NCBI RefSeq assembly: GCF_004376175.1
Contig: NZ_SNUY01000013.1
Location: 45,382 to 65,132 of the forward strand
Reading direction: 5' to 3'
Length of the DNA stretch: 19,751 nt
Source: Halalkalibacterium halodurans
GTDB lineage: Bacteria; Bacillota; Bacilli; Bacillales; Bacillaceae_D
Every line of letters begins with the position of its first letter. Position 1 is the first letter of the stretch. The notes under the pieces were generated by a model. That model ran no database searches, was not told the DNA's origin, and worked only from the letters and a program-made list of their open reading frames with translations. Below are positions 1 through 8,619 of this stretch, piece after piece. The translations under genes were made by a program, and so were the position numbers.

Positions 1-60
1 TAGAAAATCAGTTGACTACACTTCCATTAATGGTAATGAAAGTAAAATAATTTCAGACAA

Positions 61-77
61 AAAAATGTACCTTCGCC
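61..77. repeat. Terminal inverted repeat, left copy, of the IS5/IS1182-like element
   Basis: AAAAATGTACCTTCGCC matches the reverse complement of 1540-1556 at 14 of 17 positions. Confidence 0.6.
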
Positions 78-161
78 CCACTCAAAATCGCACCTAAAAA
101 AGGGTAGACTTCTCCCTTGGACCATAGACAATTTTTTGAAAAAGGTTTGATTGGGGTTAAA

Positions 162-1478
162 TTAGCTAGCTATCGGCAAGGAAAGCTGTTCCACTTGGAT
201 TTCCTGTAATTTCCTTATAGCTTCAACATGATTTCCAGGTAAGACCGTATCTCGTATGTGTTTGATCATCCGTTGAATGAGTCGAAACAAATCTCTCATG
301 ATGAAGAAAGATTGGACTCTCTTGGTGGTCTTTACTGGCACCTTTTTATGTCGCATCACAGAATCGAGCTGATTCGATTCATGTGCAAAAGATAGCTCCA
401 CTTGCTTACGAAAGTTTAACATCCGTTCTTGAAGCTCTGACCCTTGTGGAACTGGACCATAGAAGAATGGGTTTTCTTCAAAGGTGAAACCGAATTGCTT
501 ATTACAAGTAGCCTGTAATGGACAGGACATACATTTGGTTTCGTCACCATGAAACCAAGACGTATAGGTTTCCTTCTCAAATCCATCCCATAGGAGTTCA
601 TGGCCAGCTTCACATTCAGGCTTTCCTTCTGATGAACAAGTTTCAGGGATGACCGTATTCTTTTTGAAATCTGTTACGACGGCCACATCATGTTTATGTA
701 AAGATTCTATCTGGTGTTCGGCACTGAAATAGCCTAAATCTGCCACAAGATACTCTACCTTCAAATCACCGATTTCTTTTAGTTTTTCAACCAACGGAAG
801 AAGAACATCGACATCGTGAGTATCTGGTGGAAGAATAATAGACAAGAGAACAACAGGACCCGAGGGTGCGGGGCAAACAATCGAATGTTTTCGATAGCCA
901 ATAAAAAATTTATTCTGATTGGCTTTATTCCGCTGAACGCCTACTTTGGCATCGGGATCCGAATACGTTTTGTCGCATTCACATGTCTCTTTATCTTCAC
1001 AAGCACAACGTTTCTTTTTATAGCCATTCACGTGAGCAAAGACGGGTCTAGAATCAATTCCCGCAAGAGTTGGTTCTAAAAAACCATCCAGTTTCAGGGC
1101 CTGACCAATGAAATCGAATAAGATTTTATAAAAGTGCTCGGGTGTCAGAGTATGACGAAAATGAGTCAAGCTCGAATGAACAGGAACATCCTTTATGTTT
1201 GGAGTGCCGATGAAGTTGCGCCATGCCTGATTCTTAGGGTCCTTCAGCTGTCTGCAGAGCTCTCTAAAAGACGTGATCTCAGGCCGTGTAAAGTACAAAT
1301 AATGCATACGAAAATACGTCCTAGCATCAATAGGCGGGCGACCACCGCCTTTATATAATGGTTTCATTTTTTCCAAGACAATAGAATCATCAACATGATC
1401 AATATAATCTATCAATTCCACATCGAAACCGAGTGTGTTATAGTAGTGGTAAGGAAGCAGTTCTAGCTGCATATCCAT
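162..1478 (-). CDS. DDE transposase, IS5/IS1182-type: DUF772-like N-terminus plus a DDE_Tnp_1-like core with Cys-rich inserts
   Basis: 438-aa ORF. N-terminal GRPPIDARTYFRMHYLYF resembles the InsH/DUF772 region. Candidate catalytic motifs are AGIDSRP (D), VADLGYFS (D) and FRKQVELSFAHESNQL (Y/F-x2-R-x3-E). SD GAGGTG lies 7 nt before the ATG at 1478. Confidence 0.9.
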   Translation of the reverse strand: MDMQLELLPYHYYNTLGFDVELIDYIDHVDDSIVLEKMKPLYKGGGRPPIDARTYFRMHYLYFTRPEITSFRELCRQLKDPKNQAWRNFIGTPNIKDVPVHSSLTHFRHTLTPEHFYKILFDFIGQALKLDGFLEPTLAGIDSRPVFAHVNGYKKKRCACEDKETCECDKTYSDPDAKVGVQRNKANQNKFFIGYRKHSIVCPAPSGPVVLLSIILPPDTHDVDVLLPLVEKLKEIGDLKVEYLVADLGYFSAEHQIESLHKHDVAVVTDFKKNTVIPETCSSEGKPECEAGHELLWDGFEKETYTSWFHGDETKCMSCPLQATCNKQFGFTFEENPFFYGPVPQGSELQERMLNFRKQVELSFAHESNQLDSVMRHKKVPVKTTKRVQSFFIMRDLFRLIQRMIKHIRDTVLPGNHVEAIRKLQEIQVEQLSLPIAS

Positions 1479-1479
1479 G

Positions 1480-1555
1480 AAAATGCACCTCGCAAATTGG
1501 TATTTTTGGTTGATTCGTTACTTCCATTTTACCATTTTTCGCTAAGGTGCATTTT
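1480..1555 (-). promoter_or_regulatory. Fold-back stem (11 bp perfect, 54-nt loop) that would sequester the transposase SD in read-through transcripts
   Basis: 1480-1490 AAAATGCACCT is the exact reverse complement of 1545-1555 AGGTGCATTTT. On the minus-strand RNA the 3' arm contains AGGUG of the SD GAGGUG. The loop contains TGGTAAAAT (complement of 1526-1534), an extended -10-like element. Confidence 0.5.
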
Positions 1556-1556
1556 T
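1540..1556. repeat. Terminal inverted repeat, right copy, of the IS5/IS1182-like element
   Basis: CGCTAAGGTGCATTTTT; its reverse complement AAAAATGCACCTTAGCG pairs with 61-77. Confidence 0.6.
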
Positions 1557-1562
1557 ATTTTT

Positions 1563-3102
1563 TTTCGGATTTTATGGCTTTTTGAACAAGCTCTTTAAAC
1601 GAAATAAAAACAAACTTCAATCCCAATTTAAAAATTGGTCTATCTCATGAAAGAATCACGTCGGATGGAGGACTGATTCTTTATAAAGAGTCTGCACATA
1701 AAATCGGTTATTTTCAATCTCTTCATAACACCCTTCATATTCAAGATGAGCGTCATTTACCGGACCATACCTGCCCATCTGTTGTTGAACAACTAGTCTT
1801 TCAACATCTAGCAGGGTACCATCGTGATTACGCTGCGAAACGTCTTGTGGACGATCCGGTCTTTACTCAGGTTACAGAAAAGGATTACTTGGCTAGCCAA
1901 CCAACTGTGTCACGAACATATGGGGCTTTTACACCCGAAAACATCGACCAAATGAATGATTTCCTCCTGCAATCAAGTATCGACACTCACAAACGATTAG
2001 ATCAACATCAGCTCACCATCGATGTCGATTCCACGTATTTCCAAACCTATGGAAATCAGGAAAATAGCGCGTTTAATACCCATTACAAGACAACTGGATT
2101 TCACCCTTTAATGGCGTTCGATTGTATGACAGGCATGTGTCTTTCTGCGGTCAATCGCCCTGGTGAACAATATACATCCAAAGGGGCGGAAGACATGGTA
2201 AGCGACATCATTGACAGCTACTTGAATCAACTTCCGCATATGGATATACTCGTTCGCGGCGATAGTGGATTTGCCATTCCATCCCTGTATGAAACATGCG
2301 AAGACAAAGAAGTGAGTTACGTCATTCGTTTAAAAGCCAATGCCAAGCTTCACGCTATGGCAGAGGAAATCAGCCCCGCTCCCTCTTTTTCCTCTGAATC
2401 CGAGGAGGTTCATTATGATGAGTTTGATTATCAGGCAGGCTCCTGGGATCGTCCAAGAAGAGTAGTCGTTCGGTATGAAAGACAAGCAACCGAACTTCTC
2501 TTTACCCATACTTTTATCGTAACAGACCTAACTGCTGACCCAAAAACGGTCTTCCGTCTTTACAAAAAACGCGGAGAAATGGAACTGTTTATTAAGGAAG
2601 CCAAAAATGATTTCGGTTGTAAATATACTAGCAGCCATGATTATACGGCCAACTGCGCAAGAATGATGACGGCCCTTGTTGCGTATAACTTGCATATCGC
2701 TACGAAAAACCTGTTCTTTTCTCCTGCCATCAAATCGTACCGAATGGGAACGTTTAGAAGCTTGATGATCAAAATAGGAGCGAAACTGACAAAATCTGGT
2801 CGATATCTTCATTTGAAGCTATCGAAATCCTTTGTCTACCAAGAGGAATTCTTCAAGACGCTCCGGATGATCCAATCCTAACATCCTATGACATCCTAAA
2901 TTTTTGAAATTGCGTTACGTACAAAGGGATAAGTCTGCCTTTTTTCCATTCAAACGGTCATCTAAGAAGCGTTCTATAAGTCAAAAGATTCATTTCCGCC
3001 CTATATCCAAGTCAAAAACGCAATACATTCTTTAGAAGTAGTTGATTTCTACACATTGAGGTAGCTTTCATTCGATTGTGATGGTCTTATGAATAATCTA
3101 GG
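1563..3102 (+). mobile_element. IS1380-family insertion sequence, right-hand portion; the left end is probably split off by the IS5-like insertion and lies at or before window position 1-57
   Basis: Contains an IS1380-type transposase frame. The right terminus ends ...AATAATCTAGG at 3102, whose reverse complement CCTAGATTATT has the same start as the CCTAGATT terminal repeat I recall for ISEcp1-type IS1380 elements. The 221-nt 3' non-coding tail is typical, but only about 40 nt remain between the other IS and the transposase frame. Confidence 0.55.
1586..2881 (+). CDS. IS1380-family DDE transposase. The full-length frame is open from 1586 but has no ATG/GTG/TTG before the conserved N-terminus, so it is possibly defective
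   Basis: The track ORF 1847-2881 (GTG) continues upstream in frame as ...KTNFNPNLKIGLSHERITSDGGLILYKESAHKIGYFQSL.... The xTSDGGLxLL motif is the usual IS1380 N-terminus. LVRGDSGFAIPSLYE and VSYVIRLKANAKL are typical IS1380 core motifs. The only start-like codons are ATA at 1604 and ATT at 1634, and neither has an SD. Confidence 0.8.
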   Translation, partial: TSSLNEIKTNFNPNLKIGLSHERITSDGGLILYKESAHKIGYFQSLHNTLHIQDERHLPDHTCPSVVEQLVFQHLAGYHRDYAAKRLVDDPVFTQVTEKDYLASQPTVSRTYGAFTPENIDQMNDFLLQSSIDTHKRLDQHQLTIDVDSTYFQTYGNQENSAFNTHYKTTGFHPLMAFDCMTGMCLSAVNRPGEQYTSKGAEDMVSDIIDSYLNQLPHMDILVRGDSGFAIPSLYETCEDKEVSYVIRLKANAKLHAMAEEISPAPSFSSESEEVHYDEFDYQAGSWDRPRRVVVRYERQATELLFTHTFIVTDLTADPKTVFRLYKKRGEMELFIKEAKNDFGCKYTSSHDYTANCARMMTALVAYNLHIATKNLFFSPAIKSYRMGTFRSLMIKIGAKLTKSGRYLHLKLSKSFVYQEEFFKTLRMIQS

Positions 3103-4021
3103 AGATTTCCTTTTTACTTAGCAAATTTTCAGAGATCATGCTTTTATCGACTAAATTGATAAGGTACATATTAAACGTCGGAAGGTATTCCGATAGAATC
3201 ATATAATCTTTATCAAATACATGGACATCCGTGTACTCTAGTCCCAGCTCACTCATCTCACGCGACGCGTGTAATAACGCTTGATCTGTCACGCCGATCA
3301 TCGTTTGGTCATTACTTGAAATAATCTGTCCTTCATCATTTACGATTAAAATTTTATTTCCTTCTGTCGTGTACCCTTCGTAAAACTCTCGCAATTGCCT
3401 CTCACGTATCGAAATGTAAACAATTCCGTACCGATTTTCTGTCGACCGTTCCAACAACACTTTGGCGGCAACAATCATCGGTTCCCCGTTCTCACTTGTA
3501 GATTGGATCAGCAGCTGGTTGGGGGATTGCAACGCTTCCGTTGTCACAGCATGATGTTGTAGTTCGTCCCAAGTAACCGGCCAATTAGAGTAATTCATAT
3601 TAAACAGCCTGCTGTTTTTTCCAATGACAATCATATTGGCCCCATAAGAGGCTACCTCCGTATAAACTGACTCCATTTGCTTCGTCATTTCATAGTATAA
3701 TTTGGCCGTCTCGATAGAGTTTAATTGCTCCTCCATTAACACTCGTTTGATCGTTCCGTTCGTCTGCATACTGTTGACCGTGTTCACTACAGCATAGCTG
3801 TAAGCCTCCAGCCTTGACTTCATCTGATTTAATACTTTTGTATTCGTAATCGTAAACGTATCCATAAACAGATTTTGCGATACTTGAATCGTGCTATACG
3901 AAATGACGATCGACACCGAGATAATGCTAACGACCATAACGAGAAACACTTTAAAAAACAAATCATTCGTTTGAATGATTCGATAAAATTTTCTAATGAT
4001 GGGTCTCATGATGTTCAGCAT
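3098..4021 (-). pseudogene. YesM-like sensor histidine kinase, N-terminal fragment only (TM1 plus extracytoplasmic sensor domain). TM2, HAMP, His-kinase and ATPase domains are missing
   Basis: The likely start, ATG at 4021 (MLNIMRPIIRKFY...) or 4009, overlaps the stop of the upstream regulator. One N-terminal TM segment (FFKVFLVMVVSIISVSIVISY) is followed by about 270 aa of periplasmic-type domain. The frame stops at TAG 3098-3100, which lies inside the IS1380 terminal CTAGG. Kinases paired with YesN-type regulators are normally about 580-600 aa. Confidence 0.75.
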
Positions 4022-5534
4022 TCTCCCTTCGGTAGCGACTTGGAGGCATTCCAGTTCGCTTTTTAAACACCTTGCAAAAATAGCTATGATCCGAGTAACC
4101 GACCAACGCATAGATTTCTGATATTGGAATCGTGCTCGATTTCAGCCACTCTTGCGCCTTTCGAATTCTGACTTTATTTAAATATTCACTAAAACCCTCA
4201 TCGTGATGTTGACGAAAATAAGCCGAGAGATAAGAAGGATTAAAATGAAAATAGTTGGCCAATTGTGATAGACTCAAAGGCTCCGAATGATGTTCTTCGA
4301 TGTACGCTAACATTTTTTGAATATTGGAAGAACCTTCATTTGAGTAGACTGAAATAATCTGTTTGGTTACCTCTAAAAACTGATAAAAGCAATCGGTGGC
4401 TTCCCGCACATTTTTGGCAGCATTAATCGTCGCAAAATAGTGATATTTTTCTCGTTCTAGTTCTTTCACGTCATATTTTAAATTGCCCATGAGCACGATC
4501 ATGTTAAAGATAATATTTCCTAGAAACGCTTTACATTCAGTGCTCGATTGGGTGTACCTCGTCGACATATACTCAACATAGTCTAGTAAATATTGAAAGC
4601 CTATCACAAACTTTCGCCCTTTACACAACTCAATAAAATGATTTAAATCAAACGTTTTGACCCCCTCGTTCGTCTTGGGCAACTCATCGTAAATAAGTAG
4701 TGGGGTGTCCGGCAAATAAAACGAATACTGTTTCAACAACGGTATATCACGCTCATACACTTCTTTCGCTCCGTAAATGGATGAAAAAGGAGAACTTACT
4801 AACAAGGCATGGCCATCTCGTCCTTTTAGGAAATCGTCCGGAGCTTGCTTCATGGAAGATGACACGTCTCCTTCTAATGAAAGCAAAAGAACAGCATCAC
4901 CTTCTTTTTCTATACTACAAACAACATCAATTCCTGTAATCGCTTGCTCTCGTTCATCCAAACGTTGTTTCCTCCTGTGAACGTCTTGTTCTTCTATAGG
5001 GGTTATGACAGCTAAACGATATGGACCTTTAGGGAAGCGCCTCTCTCCCGTATCATCTTGACTTAATGGTGCATGTCCATCGAGTATTTTTTCGAATTGG
5101 TCCGAAATGGAAGAGACTGCCCTACTAGGAGAATCTACTTTCGCAAGTGCCGGGATCTTCCCTCTAACCTCACTCAACGTTTTTAATAGATCTTTCTCAT
5201 TTAGTCGGGGCTTTAAAAAATAATCTGCCACACCGCTATGAAAGGTGGACCGCACATACTCGAATTTTTCAAAGCTACTTAATACAATGATCTCAACTTC
5301 CGGAAAATCACGTTTAACCCTTTTGACCAAATCGATCCCGTCCATGACAGGCATGACAATATCGGTCATGACGATATGCGGCTCGTTCTTAGAAATGAGT
5401 TCAAGTGCTTCCTTTCCATTAGCCGCTTCGCCAACGATTTGAAACCCTTCTTTCTCCCAATCGAAAAAATTAATGATTCCCTGTCGAATGAGTTTTTCGT
5501 CATCTACTATTAATACATTGCACCATTCTTTCAT
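3993..5534 (-). CDS. YesN-like two-component response regulator (REC receiver plus C-terminal AraC-type HTH)
   Basis: 513 aa. The N-terminus VLIVDDEKLIRQGI...IVMTDIVMPVMDGIDL...KP is a CheY-like receiver. The C-terminus LSLSQLANYFHFNPSYLSAYFRQ...ISEIYALVGYSDHSYFCKVFKKRTGMPPSRYR is an AraC/XylS HTH pair. Confidence 0.9.
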   Translation of the reverse strand: MKEWCNVLIVDDEKLIRQGIINFFDWEKEGFQIVGEAANGKEALELISKNEPHIVMTDIVMPVMDGIDLVKRVKRDFPEVEIIVLSSFEKFEYVRSTFHSGVADYFLKPRLNEKDLLKTLSEVRGKIPALAKVDSPSRAVSSISDQFEKILDGHAPLSQDDTGERRFPKGPYRLAVITPIEEQDVHRRKQRLDEREQAITGIDVVCSIEKEGDAVLLLSLEGDVSSSMKQAPDDFLKGRDGHALLVSSPFSSIYGAKEVYERDIPLLKQYSFYLPDTPLLIYDELPKTNEGVKTFDLNHFIELCKGRKFVIGFQYLLDYVEYMSTRYTQSSTECKAFLGNIIFNMIVLMGNLKYDVKELEREKYHYFATINAAKNVREATDCFYQFLEVTKQIISVYSNEGSSNIQKMLAYIEEHHSEPLSLSQLANYFHFNPSYLSAYFRQHHDEGFSEYLNKVRIRKAQEWLKSSTIPISEIYALVGYSDHSYFCKVFKKRTGMPPSRYRRENAEHHETHH

Positions 5535-5707
5535 CCCATTTCCCCCTTTTTACAAATAAGAACAACTAGGTTGCAGTCACTATATTTTAGCTGTGTCCCC
5601 ATAACATTATGTTTATGTTTTCAGAAATGTAGGACGATTTTTTATCTTTATCTTATCACATGCTTTTTTTGGGTAACTGCTTTTGCAAAGGTACTTCTAG
5701 TCATAAA

Positions 5708-5744
5708 ATCAAAAAAATACTAACGATTTTAGCCGTTAGTATTT
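5708..5744 (-). terminator. Rho-independent terminator downstream of glcF, potentially bidirectional
   Basis: Stem 5715-5725 AAATACTAACG pairs with 5734-5744 CGTTAGTATTT (11 bp, 8-nt loop). On the minus strand it is followed by a T7 run (complement of 5711-5717). Confidence 0.7.
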
Positions 5745-5863
5745 TTCGCCTGATCTTATGTTATTTCTCTGGTACCTCTTGATAATCAATCCAAACGTCT
5801 CCTTGATCCGCTGAACGCACACAATGTTCGACCCAGCGAACGCCTTCGAGACCAGCATGAATA

Positions 5864-7210
5864 TCAGGATAAACAAGCTGATTTAACGTCTTTCACTGCC
5901 TCGAGCAGTAAATCAACAATATGCACGGCCCGTACGTGATCCGCTATTCCTTCCCGCTCTATGCCTAGCTTCATTTGTAGTAAACAGCCTGGATTCGCGG
6001 TTACAATCGTCGTGGCTCCTGTTCCCTTCACTTCTTTCATTTTGGAATCAAGTATGTTCATCGACATGTCCGACTCAACAATGTTATAAATCCCGGCAGA
6101 ACCACAGCAGCTATCTGCATTGTTCATTTCACGGTATTCGGTATTCTTAATCGCTTCAAGTAGCGTTCGAGGTTCAGAAGATGTGTTCATCACATTTCGC
6201 AAATGGCAGGAATCTTGATAAGAAATTACTTGATACGGTAAAGTGAGCTCATATTTTTCATGAAAATCTAATTCAACCAAAACGCTTGAAATGTCTTTTA
6301 GCTTATCAGAAAATCGACGGGCTCGGTCGATCCATTCAGGCTCATCTTGCAAAAGGTGACCATAATCCATTAAGAAAGCGCCACAGCCTCCCGCATTCGT
6401 AATAATATAATCAGCGTCTAGTTCCTCAAAAGCAAGGATGTTGCGCTTAGCCAGCTCCTTTGCTCCACCCTTTTCCCCGCTATGACCATGGAGAGCACCA
6501 CAACAAGCTTGTTCTGGGGGAATGACAATGTCACAGCCTGCTAACTGCAATAATTTCATCGTTGCATCATTCGTTTTCATAAACATGGTGTCCATTAAAC
6601 AACCTGAAAAAAACGCAACCCGCTTTTTGGCTGTTTCGTTCGCCGCAAGAAAAGTCGGCCGTTTTTTCATTTCTCGCAGCCGCGGAACAGGTGGCAACAC
6701 CTTCTCCATTGTGGAAAGAGTATTTGGCAATATCTTCAGCATGCCACTTTTGCGCGCGATCTTTTGTAAACCGGATCGTTGATACAAACCTAACATCCCG
6801 GTTAAGAGCTGCATTCGATGTTGGTGAGGAAATAGCCCACTAAATACAGCCTTGCGAACGGTTCGCACAGGAAGGGACTGTTTTTTGTTTTGCTGAATAA
6901 TATCGCGGGCTTCCTCAAGCAAATGGCCGTAATTGACACCAGATGGACAAACAGGCTCACAAGCCCTACAGCCAAGACACAAATTCAGTGAACGCTCTAC
7001 GTCCTCATCTGGTTCAATGACACCATCGACGACGGCTTTCATGACCGCAAGTCTTCCTCTTGGCGAGTGTGATTCCTTAAAGCCTGATTCGATATACGTT
7101 GGACAGCTTGGGAGACAAAACCCACAGCGCATACAATTTAATAATTCATCCTGACTCATCCGCTCTTGAAATTGCCGCTGAATGGTTTCTCTTTCTTGTA
7201 CAGTCCTCAC
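5864..7210 (-). CDS. glcF: Glycolate oxidase iron-sulfur subunit (GlcF/YsfD-type: two 4Fe-4S ferredoxin motifs plus CCG domains)
   Basis: 448 aa with CMRCGFCLPSCP and CLGCRACEPVCP cluster motifs and C-terminal CCG-type cysteines (CCGALHG, CCGSAG). The GTG start overlaps the glcD stop by 4 nt (GTGA), implying translational coupling. Confidence 0.9.
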   Translation of the reverse strand: MRTVQERETIQRQFQERMSQDELLNCMRCGFCLPSCPTYIESGFKESHSPRGRLAVMKAVVDGVIEPDEDVERSLNLCLGCRACEPVCPSGVNYGHLLEEARDIIQQNKKQSLPVRTVRKAVFSGLFPHQHRMQLLTGMLGLYQRSGLQKIARKSGMLKILPNTLSTMEKVLPPVPRLREMKKRPTFLAANETAKKRVAFFSGCLMDTMFMKTNDATMKLLQLAGCDIVIPPEQACCGALHGHSGEKGGAKELAKRNILAFEELDADYIITNAGGCGAFLMDYGHLLQDEPEWIDRARRFSDKLKDISSVLVELDFHEKYELTLPYQVISYQDSCHLRNVMNTSSEPRTLLEAIKNTEYREMNNADSCCGSAGIYNIVESDMSMNILDSKMKEVKGTGATTIVTANPGCLLQMKLGIEREGIADHVRAVHIVDLLLEAVKDVKSACLS

Positions 7211-8619
7211 CGTGAAACCACCACCCGTTTTCTACAATCCTTCGCAAACACTTTTCCAGGATTCATAATGTGATTTGGGTCGAGCGCTTCTTTAATCGCC
7301 TTCATCGCTGCCATTCCAGCCTCACCAAGTTTTCGTTCGAGATAAGGCGCCTTCATCACCCCTACTCCATGTTCGCCAGTAATGGTTCCGCCAAGCGCAA
7401 TCGCCTTTTCGAAAATTTCCGCGAACGCTTTTTCTACTCTCTCTATTTCTTCATGATTGCGAATATCGGTTAAACAAGTAGGATGGAGATTACCGTCCCC
7501 AGCATGACCGAACGTGCAAATCGTAAGCTCGTATTTTTCTGCAATTTCGTTAATCACTTTTACCATGTTCGCAATCTCGGAACGCGGTACCGTCGCATCC
7601 TCTAAAATCGTTGTTGGCTTTAACCGAGCGAGAGCGGAAAGGGCGCTTCGTCTCGCGGTTCTCAAGGCCTCTGCCTCATCCTCAGACTCAGCGATCTGAA
7701 CTGAAATCGCTTGCCCTTGTTCACATAATGCATGCATTTTCTCCATCTCTCGTTTTACGACTTCACTTGGGCCATCCTGCTCAATGAGAAGAACCGCTTG
7801 AACATCGGTCGGTAGCCCGATCTGAGCGTGTGCTTCCACCACTTTTAACGTCGGTTGATCTAAAAACTCAAGTGTCGTAGGAATCACTTTGTTTGCAATA
7901 ATACTGGAGACCGTTTGTGCTGCTGCTTCAATGTCTTGATAGAGCGCAAGCATAGTCTGCTTAGACTCTGGTTTTGGAATTAGCTTACATGTTGCTTCTG
8001 TTACAATCCCTAGCGTTCCTTCCGATCCAACCATCAACCGTGTGAGATCATAACCTGCAACATCCTTCGCAAGCTTTCCTCCTGTGCGGATCACTTCGCC
8101 ATTGGCTAAAACGACCTCTAAGGCAAGGACATAGTCTCCAGTTACTCCATATTTCAATCCACGTAAACCACCAGAATTTTCGTTGATATTTCCGCCCATG
8201 GTTGAAATCTTGAGAGAGCTTGGATCTGGTGGATAAAACAGACCTTTTTCCTCCACAGCTCGAATCATGTCTAACGTGATAACCCCAGGTTGAACCGTTA
8301 CGGTTAAATTCTCTTCATCAATTTCTAAAATAGAATTCATATGTTTAAAAAGAAGGACGATCCCTCCCTCCGTCGGGCAAGTGCCCGCACAAAGGTTTGT
8401 GCCTGATCCTCGAGGGACAATGGGGATGTTGTATTCGTTACAAATCTTTACGATTTCAGCCACTTCCTTCGTATTTCTTGGGGAAACGACCGCATCAGGC
8501 AGCGCTTGAAACTGCGGGGTCGCATCGTAAGAATAGACGAGCCTCTCCACATGAGAATCTTCCACGTTTTCTAATCCGACGATCTTGATCAGTTTTTCCT
8601 TGACTTCATTTGCTAACAA
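7207..8619 (-). CDS. glcD: Glycolate oxidase FAD-linked subunit (GlcD/YsfC-type FAD-binding oxidoreductase)
   Basis: 470 aa. PRGSGTNLCAG FAD-binding motif and C-terminal GTITGEHGVG...LDPNHIMNPGK, typical of FAD-linked oxidases. TTG start preceded by AGGAGGAGG. Confidence 0.9.
   Translation of the reverse strand: MLANEVKEKLIKIVGLENVEDSHVERLVYSYDATPQFQALPDAVVSPRNTKEVAEIVKICNEYNIPIVPRGSGTNLCAGTCPTEGGIVLLFKHMNSILEIDEENLTVTVQPGVITLDMIRAVEEKGLFYPPDPSSLKISTMGGNINENSGGLRGLKYGVTGDYVLALEVVLANGEVIRTGGKLAKDVAGYDLTRLMVGSEGTLGIVTEATCKLIPKPESKQTMLALYQDIEAAAQTVSSIIANKVIPTTLEFLDQPTLKVVEAHAQIGLPTDVQAVLLIEQDGPSEVVKREMEKMHALCEQGQAISVQIAESEDEAEALRTARRSALSALARLKPTTILEDATVPRSEIANMVKVINEIAEKYELTICTFGHAGDGNLHPTCLTDIRNHEEIERVEKAFAEIFEKAIALGGTITGEHGVGVMKAPYLERKLGEAGMAAMKAIKEALDPNHIMNPGKVFAKDCRKRVVVSR

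Larger units (their letters stand above)
58..1562 (-). mobile_element. IS5/IS1182-like insertion sequence, about 1.5 kb; boundaries approximate because both ends lie in A/T runs
   Basis: A single DDE transposase ORF is bracketed by imperfect terminal inverted repeats: 61-77 AAAAATGTACCTTCGCC against the reverse complement of 1540-1556, AAAAATGCACCTTAGCG (14/17 match). The motif AAAATG[C/T]ACCT recurs subterminally at 62-72, 84-95 (with a 1-nt insertion), 1480-1490 and 1545-1555 (complement). Confidence 0.65.

Noticed and set aside
4022-4111. N-terminal extension of the kinase fragment ORF (track start 4111), overlapping the regulator C-terminus by about 120 nt.
   Set aside because: The extra 30 residues are read from the opposite phase of the AraC HTH coding region. 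The usual arrangement is a short overlap of start and stop, which ATG 4021 or 4009 provides.
5764-5892. A 43-codon open frame on the minus strand overlapping the glcF stop (...LVYPDIHAGLEGVRWVEHCVRSADQGDVWIDYQEVPEK, stop 5761-5763). It reads like a genuine protein C-terminus.
   Set aside because: There is no ATG or TTG, and the only GTG would leave 19 aa. There is no SD. It may be a relic of a gene formerly downstream of glcF, but I cannot assign a family. A BLASTX of 5755-5900 would settle it.
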